Source: Kudoa neothunni (lineage: Eukaryota; Animalia; Cnidaria). From it: DNA of 64,000 nucleotides. A program made the translations under genes and the position numbers. Shown in pieces: positions 38,733 to 53,100 of the stretch (the stretch's first letter is position 1; every line of letters starts with the position of its first letter). Where the stretch lies: assembly GCA_964304625.1 (NCBI GenBank), contig OZ199838.1, positions 1,527,727 to 1,591,726 of the forward strand, in the 5' to 3' direction. The notes beneath the pieces were generated by a model that saw nothing but the letters and a program-made list of their open reading frames with translations, was not told the origin of the DNA and made no database searches.

Positions 38733-41322
38733 CCTCCCAACTCGATACTACAATTTACTAGTGAACGATATTCAATGTAAGGCTGTAAAATGTAGAGAAT
38801 AGGCATTTCTTATGTGTTTATGTGCCTATGTGCTGCAATCTTTAGGAGTTTGTCTGTAACTCGATTTTTTATATTTAGCTTTAATTTTAAAGAAATGAGC
38901 ACAGAGAATCATAAAATTGACTAAGAGCAATTAGAAAATACTTGATCAACAGTGGCAACGTTGTTTTTATCTTTCGGGTGAATCTCGAAGCTTTTGTGGT
39001 TTTTTGCAACGCCAGAATCATTTTTCCCCCAGTTGGACGACTGCGTACTAGGATGATGAAAGAACCTCCCTCTTCCCTTTGCCATTGGTCACTGTGTTGA
39101 TTGCGTGCGCGTGTTTGATATTAACTGAATAAGTTTTATCAGAAAATTTAGTATAATCTATGTAGGTATCGTTTATTCACGAATTAAATGAACGATAAAA
39201 ATTTAAGTAACACATTCATATGCTCAGTTACTGTTATCAATGAAATATTGAGTTTTAATTGTAATTAGATTGAAATCAGAGTTAGTTGAAATCTAAAAGC
39301 CAGAGGGTTATTTGAAGAGATATTCTTTAATCCAGTAAAAATGTAGAATGTTCTGTTGTTCACAAAGCTTTTGCGTTTAAGTTTTGAGGTTATTTTGTAA
39401 ATTTTGTTAGTTGTGCTCGTATAAATACTTCAAAAAATTTCTTTTAATAAAAACACAATTTTTTGTAGAGTTAATTATAATTCATTCGTATTTAATCGTT
39501 TTTTAACCAAATATTTTGGGTCAAAGGTGTGAGAAACTCTCAGGTCTCGATTACCTGGGAATTTTATGCAAGGCGTTGGCTATTGGCATTGACACTGAAG
39601 TTTTTAATTCTTTTATAAACATTAATTTGAAGGTTTTTTCACTTTTTGTCGGATGTGATACATTCTTATACAATTATAATTAGCGAAATTAATCAAAAAT
39701 ATTATTTATGAATATTCGTTCATATTTATATAAATTAATATTAGAATAGGCCCAATAACGTCATATAGTTAAATATGAATAGATTAAAAATACAAGATTC
39801 CATTTTTTAGTGTTTCTAATCTTCTTGGTTCAACGACCCCCCATTAACTAAGCCAAATGAATACGAACCCCTGAGTGTATTAACTAAGTAGAGTGCAACA
39901 TCGGTGTTCGACCAAAAATTTTGATTCGGAAATATTTTCTAATTCAAACACATATAGAATTAGTATTCAGAATAGATCCAATTAGAGAAAAGTGCTTACT
40001 GAAGAAAATTTGTACAGTTAAGTTGTGTGAACATGTCATCGAAAGAAAAACCTTTATAATCGATCGTATGACAACCAAACAATATCTATCCTATATTTCA
40101 CTCATATTATTATTATATTTTATTATATAAAATACAAGGTATGCTAGGATTTTAATAAACAAGAATAATAATAATAGTCATTTATTTGATGAGTGGTATG
40201 GGTAAACTAATTTCCATTGTTTTACATGGGAAAAATTGACTTGGAATTCGAATACACTATTAGAACGGATTATGGTCGAAATACGAGGTTGCACTGTAAT
40301 AAAAAGAATTATGCGCTTGTTTTAGCCTTATTTTCAAAAAGTAATGAAAGACTCAACATAATAACTTAATAGGAATAATTTATATAAAGCTGAAAAGTTA
40401 AATTACGCAGGAATATTCATTAACTTTAATATTATACTTTTCACATTTTTCGAAACAGATTAATAAATTAATTAATTTTTACAAATCAAATTTAAAGTAA
40501 TTAATCTTTAAATGAAATTAAAAAAAGATAACGCTATTTATTATCCTATTTGGTATTATCTAAGGATGTAATTTTTCTATCAAAACATTAATCTTAGTAA
40601 TCGTAGATTTTCTGTTAAAAAACGGCTTTTTTATGATCGATATTATTTTTTGCAGCGTTAATCTCTATAATAAAAATTTCAAAAATAATAATAATAATAA
40701 TAATATAAAATAAAACATAAACACATATGGTTTTATTGGAATTGAAAAATATTTTTTAATTCTGTGAAATAATGTGTTGTTGTTGTTGTTGTTGTTTAAT
40801 TTTCTGTTTCTTTTTTTCGGAAAGATGGTCTTTCCAAAGCTATCTTATTTATCGATTAATTTTTGGGATTACTCTTGAATAAACGAATATTAACATTAGG
40901 TAAATTCAAATTAAATAACAATTCAACTTGATAAAATTGATATTAATATTCAAATCTCTAACACGACCACATATTCTAAATTAATTATGAGAAACAGTTT
41001 TTCAGAGGGCCCGCATTTTATATCATAATCTTAATGCTCAAAAGATGATGAAACACAAAATATCTAACAAACAAAAATTGACCTGAGATAAAATAGCACT
41101 ATGCAATTACATGATAACAGAATTAAAAAAGAAATAATAGATAAATTATATTCATTCCAATTATTTTTATTTGCATTACATATAGATGATTTCATTATTT
41201 TTACGATTATTACGATATTTGGATAGTGTAAAATGCGAATTAAAAAATGAACAATTGACTAAGAGAAATAAAAGTTATGCCAAACAAACATGGAACACAG
41301 ATACAGAAAAATCAAATTAGAT

Positions 41323-42628
41323 TTAATTTTTCTTTCGGTTCAAATACCTCTTTTCTCCCTCGATATAACGTTGTCGTTCTTCCTCAGTGGTCAATACCAA
41401 TGGAGGCACATCCTTAAGAGGCGCTATAGGCGATGGTATTGTAACGTACGTGAAAAAAGAAGAGCAAATCAATTTTGGCGATCCACGATCTAAATATCAA
41501 CGTTCAACCACTCACATCGAGTGATTAATCGTTTTTACGTGCGAATGGATCCTCCTCTATGGCAACTACGTCCACATCAATGGTACGCTTGCTACAAAAC
41601 ACCACTCTAGCAACCAAGAGTAAGAGTGTGCCTTGGTAGGTGGATGCATGAAAATCGACTGCCTCTAAATAAAAATTTTTAGAAAATATTTATCTAAAGT
41701 GAATGTGGAAAAAACCGCATGAAAACAAATAAAGCTTTATTCCTACCTAAACATCCAGTAACAGCGATATTTCGACAATATTTGAAGGCTGAGATAGCAG
41801 CTAATTCATCCATCTTTTTCAATAGACATCCCCCAGTCAAAATACCACTTGATGTGCACTCGGAGCGTGTAACCAAATGATAGCTGATCGTTGTAGAAGC
41901 AGCTACCGTGTGGGCTCCGTCACCAACATCGGTGCTAGGGAGTGACAACGAATGCATAAATATTTTAACTGACATTTTATTAAGCGACTCCATCAATTTC
42001 TTCTAATTTTTAGTTTTCAATTTTTTCAACGAAAAGAGGCTATAGCGACTAAATACTTCAAAAAGAGGGAATTTTTTCCGATTTTCCTTATTATTTTGGG
42101 CTGACTCATGTAGATCCTTTTCCAACTGAGTGTCATAGCACACAACTTGAGGAACAGGAACTGGAGTAACTTTATGCGCTACATTATCTATTATAGTGCC
42201 ACAATACCACAGAGTTGACCTATTATCAATGATAGTTATTATTTTTGTGTTGGATCACTTGGTCCAACAACATACATGCATTTCAGCTGTTGTTCACCGT
42301 TAGTAAGATTATTAGCAAACACATTCACTTTTACGCATAGAGTTTTTTCTGTCGAAAATTGAATAGTCGCTTTCACTACTGCAACCTCTTCAATGTCGAT
42401 TTGCATTATAAATGTGGTGCGCTCAATTCGACATAATAATGGTATTATTCTGTGATCACTGTTTCCTTCCTTATTACAATGCTTATAGCACGCAATATAA
42501 CCTGCTTCTTCAATCAACTGAAGAATGGTGCCCCCGTGCACCTTACCTAGAATGTTTGCATCGTTAGGGTTGAGTATTCTACATACTTCAACATTAGGTT
42601 CCAACAACCCCTCACGTCTCTCGGACAT
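41323..42628 (-). CDS. ACOT7: Cytosolic acyl-CoA thioesterase with two hotdog domains
   Basis: RILNPNDANILGKVHGGTILQLIEEAG and second domain HLVTRSECTSSGILTGGCLLKKMDELAAISAFKYC; C-terminal TEEERQRYIEGEKRY. Five exons. Confidence 0.88.
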
Positions 42629-45550
42629 TTTACGCCGGCTGTAGATGAAGGCTTACCACGAATTTCGTTGCAATTCGGAAAAGTAACAACCGCAGAAAAT
42701 ACACTCCAAGATATACGAAATTTACGTAATTCACTGGGAATTTATATGTTTTACGCGAGGATTAACAAAGATTCCTCCGTGCTGCCCTCAACGTTACAAA
42801 ACCATTTGTTTACTTATTTTTATTGGATTGGGAATTGATTATACTGCAATAACATTTAGTTCGATTCCAGTTTCGTTTCTTATTCACAACAAGAAGATTA
42901 TTGAATAATGTTTTTTAATTAATTGAAAATCATTAATTTTGTTTTCTAAAATCCAGCTTCTACTACAGACATCTGTTTACACCTACTTATCATTGATTTC
43001 GAATATTAATTAACTATTATGTTTTTCTTTCCTTTCAAAACCAATATATTGGGAATATATCGACTAGAAAACAAAAAATCCCGACTCCCCAGATCATTAG
43101 CAAATCTCATGTAGGTCGGACACCGTAAGCTGACAATTTATTATACGCTTAATCTGTTGATACACATTTATTGCTCTTTCGGCTTTTAATTCGAGAATTA
43201 TTCTTACCTTAAACTCTATTTAATATGATCAAATCGAAAATGGGAATCCGCATTAAAGAATTTATTTTTATTGTAATATATCTTTTTTTCTTACTTGATA
43301 ATTTTTAAAAATCTCACGCGACCTAAACTGACAATAAGTACTGTGTAACAAATGTTAAATTTTGGGATTTAATCCTAAAATATAAATCAGTGAGATTTAC
43401 GAACCCTCACCAAATGATTAATTTAATTTTACATTCGTTTATTTTTAAATTAATATAGATTATTTAATAACTCTTTGTTTGTATTATTTATGATATATTT
43501 TGTTAATTCAATTACTCATTATTTTTCTAATTAAAATAAAGTACATAAAAGTGCTTAATGCAAGGATTCAAAATGATACCTGTGCTCGATAATTATTTCA
43601 GTGCATTAAACTATTAGTTATGAAGCGTAACGTTTGTAACATCAACTTAAATTATAATAAATACAGCAATGTCTTGATACTGTGTTTTTTAATGTTTATT
43701 TTTAATTTATTGCTAAAATTATTAATTTAAATGTCGCGTTAGTTAGTAATTATCCAGCAGAATACACTTTAAAGTTTAATGAATTGAAAATTCATTAAAC
43801 TTTAGAAATTATGTTGGACCCCGCTAATGAGTGAATAATTTTTTAATCTCATAATCCTAAAATTGCTTCAACCAAAAATTCATATTTAGCTGAATCCTAA
43901 TAAAATATTGGGGGAAACTATCAGATCAGAATTGTATGATTCTAAAATAATAAAACAATTTAATGGTGAGTTGTAAGGGCTGTAAGCAAAGTTAATATAT
44001 GCACCATCAGCAACAGATCCATATGGCGCTACCGCCTTTTAAGCTACAGCTCTCGGGTTCAACTCCCACCCTAGATCATTCCTTACACCTCTATTCGTTC
44101 AATTCCACCAAAGTCTCAGACATTATTAACTGTATCAATTCAATGATTTTTGCTTTAATTAAACATAAACTCATCGATTTCAATAATGACTCCTAAACCA
44201 TCAATTATCATATAGTCAAAATATAAAATATTTGTAACTATCTGCCTCACATACTTGCTGTAGTTTGACACAGTAATATTAGAATGATTCGACTTCGTAT
44301 ATAGTTGTGTGGATTCGACGTCAACCAACCAAAGATATTTATTTTTAGAAACCTGTTAACATAATCTCTACAAGTAGAAAACAAAGTGTTTTTAAACACT
44401 GTAATTTGCTTTCTACGCATCTATCTAGTGCATCTCTATTTTTGGGTGCTTTGAAAGTCCATTATTACGAAAATCAAGAAAGAAGCTAATTTTGTTAAAT
44501 TTCATTTTCGAACCAATAAAACTTAGTTTTCTCTTTGCTTGAAAAATGATCGTAAAATTAATGAACTGGAGGTACAATGACGTTTTAGTTAAGAGCATAG
44601 CTTGGTCGCCTCGATAGATTAAGGAGCCAATGCCTCAGATAAATTATTGAATTAACATTCATACATAGAATATACTCCCATTAATTATTTTATAGATTTA
44701 ATTTGGAATTAATATATATATATATATAATAAAATGGTGCCCAAATCACTTAAATTATCATGTTTCTAAAATATGCTGGTTTGGCATGTTTCAACTTACA
44801 ATTAAACCTCTGATATGCAATAAAACTATTAATTATATTAATTAGTTTTAAAAATTTGAAAATGAATAAATATTTCTGTTTGACTTTTCGGCATTGTTTG
44901 AAATACCTCTTTTATATCAATTCTCTCATTATTTTGTAAAATAAAATTAAAACTACCGCCTAACTTTCTTTTTGTTGTTTTAAATGGATTTTATAAAATC
45001 TTGCATATGCTGATTAAAATATAATTTTCTGTGGTGCAGAGGACAAACACAATCTTTTAAATATACCATATGCAAGTAAGAATAAGATTATACATTTTAC
45101 ATACCCCCCATAATAATAATGTATTACAATATTCAGATTTTTTACATCAAAAATAGTTGAAAATTTAAAAAAAGAGAGTTATCAATCATCAAGCTCAGCA
45201 TGGATATCGCTCCAGTTTAGCGTCGAATATGATTAAGTGCAATCTTAAGTATCTCGTCTACCGTTACGATAAAATTTGATATCGAATAAGTCATTATTAT
45301 TTGAATATCAAGTTAACGAATTCCTTAAAATTTGATTACATGCAAGAAATAGAATAAAATTTAACTCAAAAACATGAGCATAACCGTATCGACATTTGGG
45401 AGTCAAAATGAAAGGGGTTTCAACTAGAACAAGCAAACATTGTAATTATAATCGATGCAACTAACACGAAAAAACACACCACATAACTTTCAAAATTATC
45501 ATATCAGCATAAAAATTACTAAAATTTAACCTAATCTAGCTTAACGTGTT

Positions 45551-46104
45551 CTATCCGTAAAATTCTTTGGTTATGATATCATCGTGTTCGTATAACTCAA
45601 GAAGATGACGTTGATAACGATCAGGATAGTCCAACGAATCAATCATATAGTATTTGATATTTTCAAAATTTTCTCCATCTAAAAAGTCATCATAATTAAA
45701 TCGCTTAAAAAGCAGGGAAGTGGATAATTACAAAAAAGTTTGCTAAATGCCACATATCTCTGATGATTCTGTCTTTTAATATGTTGGTAGTTCAAGTCTT
45801 CAACTGGGTCTTGTGGTGAAGACCGAAGAACATTAATTGAATTAAACGATTGTGGGGGATCGGTTATATGATTCTCATTGTGTCCACTTACAATATTACG
45901 AAAGCTGGCACTGGATTGTGATGAATCCGACTCCGCAGAGTAGTTAATCATTGAGCAGAATTGGCAAGAGTATCCATGGGTGTCACTACTGGAACCGCTG
46001 AATTCGGTGTATCTGTGTTTAGTGGATGGCGGGTTTTGATAAGAGTCAATCGAGTTGGACGACAGGTCAGAAGCTGAACTATTTTTACAGAATGGCCAAT
46101 GCAT
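45551..46104 (-). CDS. Orphan Ser-rich protein (two exons)
   Basis: MHWPFCKNSS...YVAFSKLF joins through GT-AG intron 45679-45731 to YGENFENIKYYMIDSLDYPDRYQRHLLELYEHDDIITKEFYG*. Coding-like GC content; no recognisable family. Confidence 0.5.
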
Positions 46105-49100
46105 TTCGGCCAAAACAGCAGATACTCGAATCAATCAACAGCTCCAACAGTGGGCGGTACTTAATACTCAACAAACGCACAAATCAATTAGTGCCCTTTT
46201 TTTATTATCATAATCATTACACTAATCGTCATTAAACACCTTATGTGCTGCCCTACATATCTTGGTTTTGAACCTTTCATCGTGGAAACAATAATACGGT
46301 TAAGTTGAGTCAACAATGGCAAATTAGAGTTTTATAAAGGATATTTCATGAATGATATTTAAATAATAAACCTATTTTTAATCGAAAATTCACGTATAAC
46401 GGTCAACCGGATAATCAGTTGGTCCTCAAGTTAGTAAATCAGCTTATTTAGTATTAAGTAAATAATATCCATTTTGAGTGGTTACAATCCCTCCACCTGT
46501 TTACATATTTATGTTTTGTTTGTGTGACAAATATTTATAAAATGTGGCGTCTTTGTTTGGTGTTAAATTCACGAAATTCGATAGTATTGTTTTTGTACCT
46601 GATCAAGATCGGAACAGTGCGTATTTCTCGCTCATATATTAGGCACCTTGACGACAAAAATATTCCACCTAAGCCACTGTTCAATAAACAAAGAATATAA
46701 TTTATCGGATGCTTCCTTTTTATTTTTCATACTATACTGAATAGTATATTTAGCTATACATCTCATAATTTTTAACTTTCACGCTCTACAAGAGATGTAA
46801 AGGGTTATTACGTATTAGGCACCTGAAAAATCCACTCGTTGATCTCATTATGCGGTACAGAGTAAGTATCCTGAAGAGGATTATTGAAGTTATATTTTTG
46901 ATACAGTTTAGTTTTATTGTTATTAGTTTTATGTAAATATTTGAGTTAGAATCTTTTCTATGATGCCGTAATAATAAAAATAATATAATTCTCCAATTTA
47001 ATTTCGTTTTCACCTTGCGTAGTTTGTTATTTTTTGCGCTATTACCGACATGGATCATCCCACGTAAGATTTTAACATATCTGACAACCTGCAGTCTTCT
47101 TTTAATTTTTCAGGCGAACGGGGGTTTAATATATAAGTGTTAATTGGAGTGTTTGGATGTTATCACTCCAAAGTTGTTGAGTATTGTTCTTGCTAAATAA
47201 ATATTAATATTTGTTAATAAAATATTTCACTTCTAGAGTAATAAGATAATGCCATTACTGAAGCAAACGTTTGTGGAGGCTGACTATTAACAAAAAGTAT
47301 AAAGGGGTTGACAGGAATAAAATAGCTAGTTCTAGTGTGATGAGAATCGGCGAGTTTTTTCATTGGATCAGTTATTGTTTGTCAAAATTAGTTTTGACTG
47401 ACTAGTATCAACTTATTAACCTTTTGAATAATAAAATGTCACATGAGAAATAAAATTTAAAATAGGGGTGTATTTTTCCCCAAATTTTTTTTTCAATTTT
47501 TGCATGTTAAATTTAAATTAAAATATTTACACAAACTTTAGCCAATACTTAACGACAAAGTATTGTTAAAAAAGAGAGATATAACTGCTAATATCGCCAT
47601 GCGCATGGGCACATGATTGAAGAATTCTTGTCTTTGATGATTTATTTGTACGGTAGGTAATCGATTTTACTTACTTTTTCGATACGTACACAGACAATTT
47701 AAAATATTATGTGTGGAATTAATATGATAAAATTCACAATTATAAATTTTTATATTTTTGACATAACTTGAAGAAAATATGACGGCAATGCATTTACAAC
47801 TTTATCATTTTCATTAAGATGGTTTTAAACCGAAATAATTTTGTGATTGGACTTGAAAAATAAATTATTGGTTTATTCAGAGATATTAGTTAATTTGCTG
47901 AATTTTTTGGAAACTACGAGAATGATTTTATATAATTTAGTTTCATGATTAAACTCTGAGCCACAGAAATGTAGATATAAATTGTAAGCAGTATTTTTGA
48001 AATTATTATTTTAAAAAAATAGATATATTTTTAATGTTTCATCATCATCATCACTCTTTCTTTCTTATTTTATTCAAATGTAATGGTTAAATTTTTATAA
48101 TTGTTAAAAACCCGTTAATTCTTGCGATGATAAGTCAAAGCACGATTTGAACAACTCCTAGAAGTGAGCATATAAAATTAACCTATCAATAATTTTAGAT
48201 CTCTTTTCTAAGTGTGAATTGTACTCCAGATGTAAACTAAAGTTTACTTTAGAAAATTTGTGTATATTAAAATAATTTACATTGTTCTGTTGATTGATTG
48301 AATAATATAGTTTTATATAAATTGTACAAAAAACCCGGCAGTAGATCTTGCAGTAATATCACTCAATTTGTTTTACTATTTATGGTAGCAGTTTTGGATG
48401 CATAAGTAACCACTAAAGAAAATTAACCATTTTCAAATTGAGTTGTGACTTGTAACCATAAAATATGCTAAAAATAATTATTATTTTGAATTGAACTCCT
48501 TTACTAATTTTTACACATTTAATTGTCTATAACAAATCGTTTTTCTCGACCCTAATGCTTTTAATCAATTATAAACTATAATATAAAAACATTATTATTT
48601 GGTCCCTTTTCCAGAATATTTCTTTTTATTGAATCCAAACTCATTTTACATGAGGAAAGAAATTCGGTATTCTTGTTTAGGAATTTTCAAAGTTGAAGTA
48701 GGTACGAGATCATAATCGCGAAATGTAATGATTTATCGGTTTCTACTAGCAAATTTTTAAACAATGGAATAATAATAATAAACTTCTCCTATGTTTAAAT
48801 AATTTACAATGATATAATGTATGTAATAATTTGAATCGAAGGATTTTGAACATTGAGATTGGAGCTGAGAAAGTAAGTAAAATCGATAATCACCATTTTT
48901 TCTAAAAAATTTCTTTATACATTACTTTTTTTCTTATAACTTTTACTTTTAATTATATAATAAATAAACTTCATAAAGATTTATGTATGCGTGTATTTTA
49001 TATATTCAACAATTCTAAATTAAATAAAAATGTTTTATAAATATTAACCTGTAATTATCGTCATTATCGTTTCATCTATTTTTCATAAAATAAGTACAAA

Positions 49101-50192
49101 TGCAGTGAAAAAAATATAAACCTAAAAAAATCATATATATTTAATAAGTTATATATATATATATATCATATTAAAAATAGGAACCACGTGGATATTGATT
49201 GACTCCAAAAGGGGAGCTTAAAATGGTAAAACAAATATAAACATAGCTAAATTATTTAAATGTGCTTAAATAATACTTTTATCACCTAAAACTAATTATT
49301 TAATGAGTAAATTATTAAAGTTTATATGTTTACAATAATACATTGTTTGCTATGAAAAATTTAGGCTTTAAGCAATTAATGAAGCCAACATAAATAAAGA
49401 TTGTTTAATCATTTATTGAAAAGATCTTAAAATCATTATTTAACATATTATATATCTAAAGTTCTTATGTCTGTCAGTGTGTATTTGAAGCAGTAAGCAT
49501 GTGCCATGGAGCAACTTTTTTTAAATACAATTTTTAATATACATTTGAAAGGATTATACCATTAAGAAAAATCATTCTTTCACTTAGATGTATAAACATA
49601 ATCAATACCGCATTCGGAAGAAAGGAATTTTCTGCTTTTCTACATCAAAAACCAGATTAAAAGTACCTGAATAGTATTTAATGTTTGTTTACTTCAGAGT
49701 GATAATCAATTAGAGTGAGCTATTACTCACTTCATGCTAAGAGAATCTGATAATTATGATGTATAATGTTTTAGAAAAGTTACGTATACCTGTTTGGAGT
49801 AATTTTAAGACAGATAGTGCGTTAGAGCCATATTTACAAGAGATATAGCATTTCCCTTAAAATTTGAAGCGTAACCAAATTATTTAGGATTCATTTTCAT
49901 TTTTTAAGCGTTATGGATATAGTAAAGCGAAAACATTATGAGCATTTTAAATAAAACACATAGCTTGAGATTATAAGTTTTTGCCATCAAGAAATAATTT
50001 CGGTCTCTTAAAGCATTCTAAAAACGATGTAAGATGTGTGTAGAGTTTTCAAATAATTAAATTTTTGTGATAATTTCTTAAATGTAAATTTCTTTTATCA
50101 AATATATCGATTGAGATTGAAACTGTATTCGTCGTTTGATATGTTTTTACTCATTATTTGGTTTTACTAAACTTTCTTGCAACACAGCTGAC

Positions 50193-53100
50193 CAGACAAT
50201 GCCCGTTCGTTCGTGTCCTCTTTTAGTTACACTATGTCAGGCTGGAGTGTGGAAAGTGTTGAAGAGGCTTTGAAAACTAGCAGACTTTTCTCTTGGAAAA
50301 AATCTACAACGCGTTCTAAAGAATGGGACAATTTCTGTTCCATCTTTACTAAAAACGGGGATGAAACATCCCAAATTGATTTTATTGTTTGCACAAAGTG
50401 CAACAAAGCATTCCCGCATAAGTCGTCTTACGGGAATAGGAAGCTTATTAGTTATAATAAGTTACATGCTAAAACAAATACAAATATAAAAATTAATGAA
50501 TTATTTGTTTCACCTCCCTCCATTGTTAATTTAAGCCTATCAGATCAGGTAATGTTTGACACTAAAATTGCTAATTTTGTAGCTGAAACAATCTCCCCGT
50601 TTACAATAACAGAAAGTGCTTCGTTTACGGAGATGATAAACTTCGCATTTAACTTAGGCAAAAAGTTCAATGAACCTAGTGCTAGACTTAAGATTTTATC
50701 CAAAAAATGTGTTAAAAAAATAATCATGAATGAGTATGAGTGCATGTATTTAAAAATGGAAAAATTAATTACAACAATAAGTCACAATAGTATGTGCCTA
50801 ACCATTGATATTTGGCCTGATAATGCCAAAATCAACTCATTCATTGATATATCAGTGTTGTTTGTTAAAAATTTCACCCTTCAACATTTCCAATACGACA
50901 TGATCTATTTTCCTGTAAAACACACTGCCGAAAATATAAATAAAATCTGCACGGAATTTTGTATTAAATTTTCACTTAGCAAATCTGATCTAAGAATTGT
51001 TTGTGACTCCGCAGCAAACAATCTATCTGGTCTAAGAGAGTTCAACACAACCAGATGTGCTGCTCACCGCCTTCACACTATTATATCTCAAGGTATTTTA
51101 TGTATTAAATTTATGTTAAAATTTTGATGAGTAAATAATTGTAAAAGTGATATACTTAACGATATGCTATCTTGATCTCTCATAATTCTGTTTGGAAAAT
51201 CAAGATAAAACTGTTATAATCTAAATTTAAATAGTTTATATTTATGTATTTTAATATATTGATTGCACTTTTTTATCACTAAGTTTATAAATAAATTTTA
51301 CTTTCGCTATAATATCTAATTTCGATTTTTTTATTATGTGTAGCTTGGGATCTTAGTACAAACAGCACATCCGATTTATCCATACTAAGGGTGAATGTTG
51401 ACAAACTGTGCGGATCTGTTCATAAAACGGCGGATTTACAGTCAAAATTACCAATGAAAATACAATGGGACTCAGCTACGCGACCATGGAGAGGCCTCAG
51501 CGATCGATATAGGACGTTAGTGGCGTGTTTCGATAGTTTGGAGGATGTGCTAAAAAATCATCCAGCTAAAAAATACTTTGACGGATTGGACAAGAAAGAA
51601 TGCGTTGTTGTAGCTGAATTTTTCAAAATATTTTCCGATTTCTTTGATCAGTTGGAGCAGGTGAAAAGGCCATCGTCACATTTTGTAATTCGTTTAAGTT
51701 TCGTTTTTTATATTATCGTTAGGTGTTTATTGTATTTCATCGTATCAAAGCAATGATTCAAAAACAACGTGAAACTTTTATGGGCGATTATTGTATGCAT
51801 TTGGAAAGTTTATTGGACGAAAAATACACACAATGTATTGATATCAACCATAAAATCGCAGCTTTTCTCCATCCAAATTTTAAAAAATTCAAATTTATTG
51901 AGTGTAAGTCTTTGCAAAATAAAGAATTAAATTTTGTGGTAAATCACGTTGAGTCGCTTTTGTCTGGCATGGCTGAACCAAATTACCCATATAAAAAAAA
52001 CAAATTTGATGGTAAATCTTTTCTTGTAACAAATATTTAAAAAAATTAGAATTAATCCCAAAGAGCTCGGAACTTCTGAAAACCCACTCAATATGTTATG
52101 AACTGGATAGTGACTCAGAAGATTTTCAATCAGAAATTCAACTGTACATCCGAGAAAAAGTCAACCAAGTTTACGAAAATCCGCTCGTTTATTGGGAAAA
52201 CTCCAAGAATGAAAATCTTAAAACAATTGCAACTAACGTGTACAGCCGACCAGCATCCAGCTCAATGTCAGAACGGGCGTTTTCATACGCTGGAAAAATT
52301 TTATCCAAGTCTAGATATAGACTTGAACCGAACACATTAAGAAAATTAGTAGTTTATACTAATAATATTAAAAATAAGACACTTCTGGAGTGAATTTAAT
52401 TCACTCCTTCTCTTTATTATGTTTTATTTTGCATTATCTCAAAAGAAAACTGAACAGACCTAACTTAGCCACTTCAAAAATTCACTTCTAACTATTAGAC
52501 TTATAAAATTAGGGTTTGAAAGTATTTTTATCATTCTAAAAAATGTTTAGGCAGATTTGACTATAGCGGAACTTAATATAACGAGGTTCTGTTTCCTAAA
52601 TTAATTTGATTATCTTTTAAAAAAAACTGATATCAAATTTGTATTTGGTAATAAAATATGAAATTGTGACATGAGGTAACATATCTCAAAAATTCCAGTA
52701 AATCAAGGTGAAGATCGTAATTGCTTACATTCAATGCCTCATATTTTTCTTCGCTTAAAATTTAATAGTAATTTCATATCTAAGATCTTTTTGGTAATGG
52801 TAAAGTATGCGCTACCTAAAAACGCCCGCTTGTGCATGTTATTCGAATATCTTTTTTTCAACAAACATTGAATTGTTGTCTAATTCGTTTTGATAATCAC
52901 TCATAAGTTGGTTATTCTTCATATTTTTTAGCATATAAACATAAATTATACAATATCAGATTTATTTATACATGTTTTTATTAGTTTTAATTACGAATAG
53001 TTCAAAAACGAGGACAACTACGTACTCTCAAAATGCATTTTCTTAATATTCTTAGTACTGATGAGTTTTTTAAAAATAAATAAATATTATATTTTAGATA

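Noticed and set aside
39545-39600. U1 snRNA-like TTACCTGG...CATTGACACT
   Set aside because: The match is short; stems and Sm site are not recoverable.
45551-46280. Antizyme-like +1 frameshift gene
   Set aside because: No UCC-UGA shift site and no antizyme C-terminal motifs.
46450-47450. Possible additional gene or transposase
   Set aside because: Only faint hAT-like fragments with many stops; not supportable as a defined feature.
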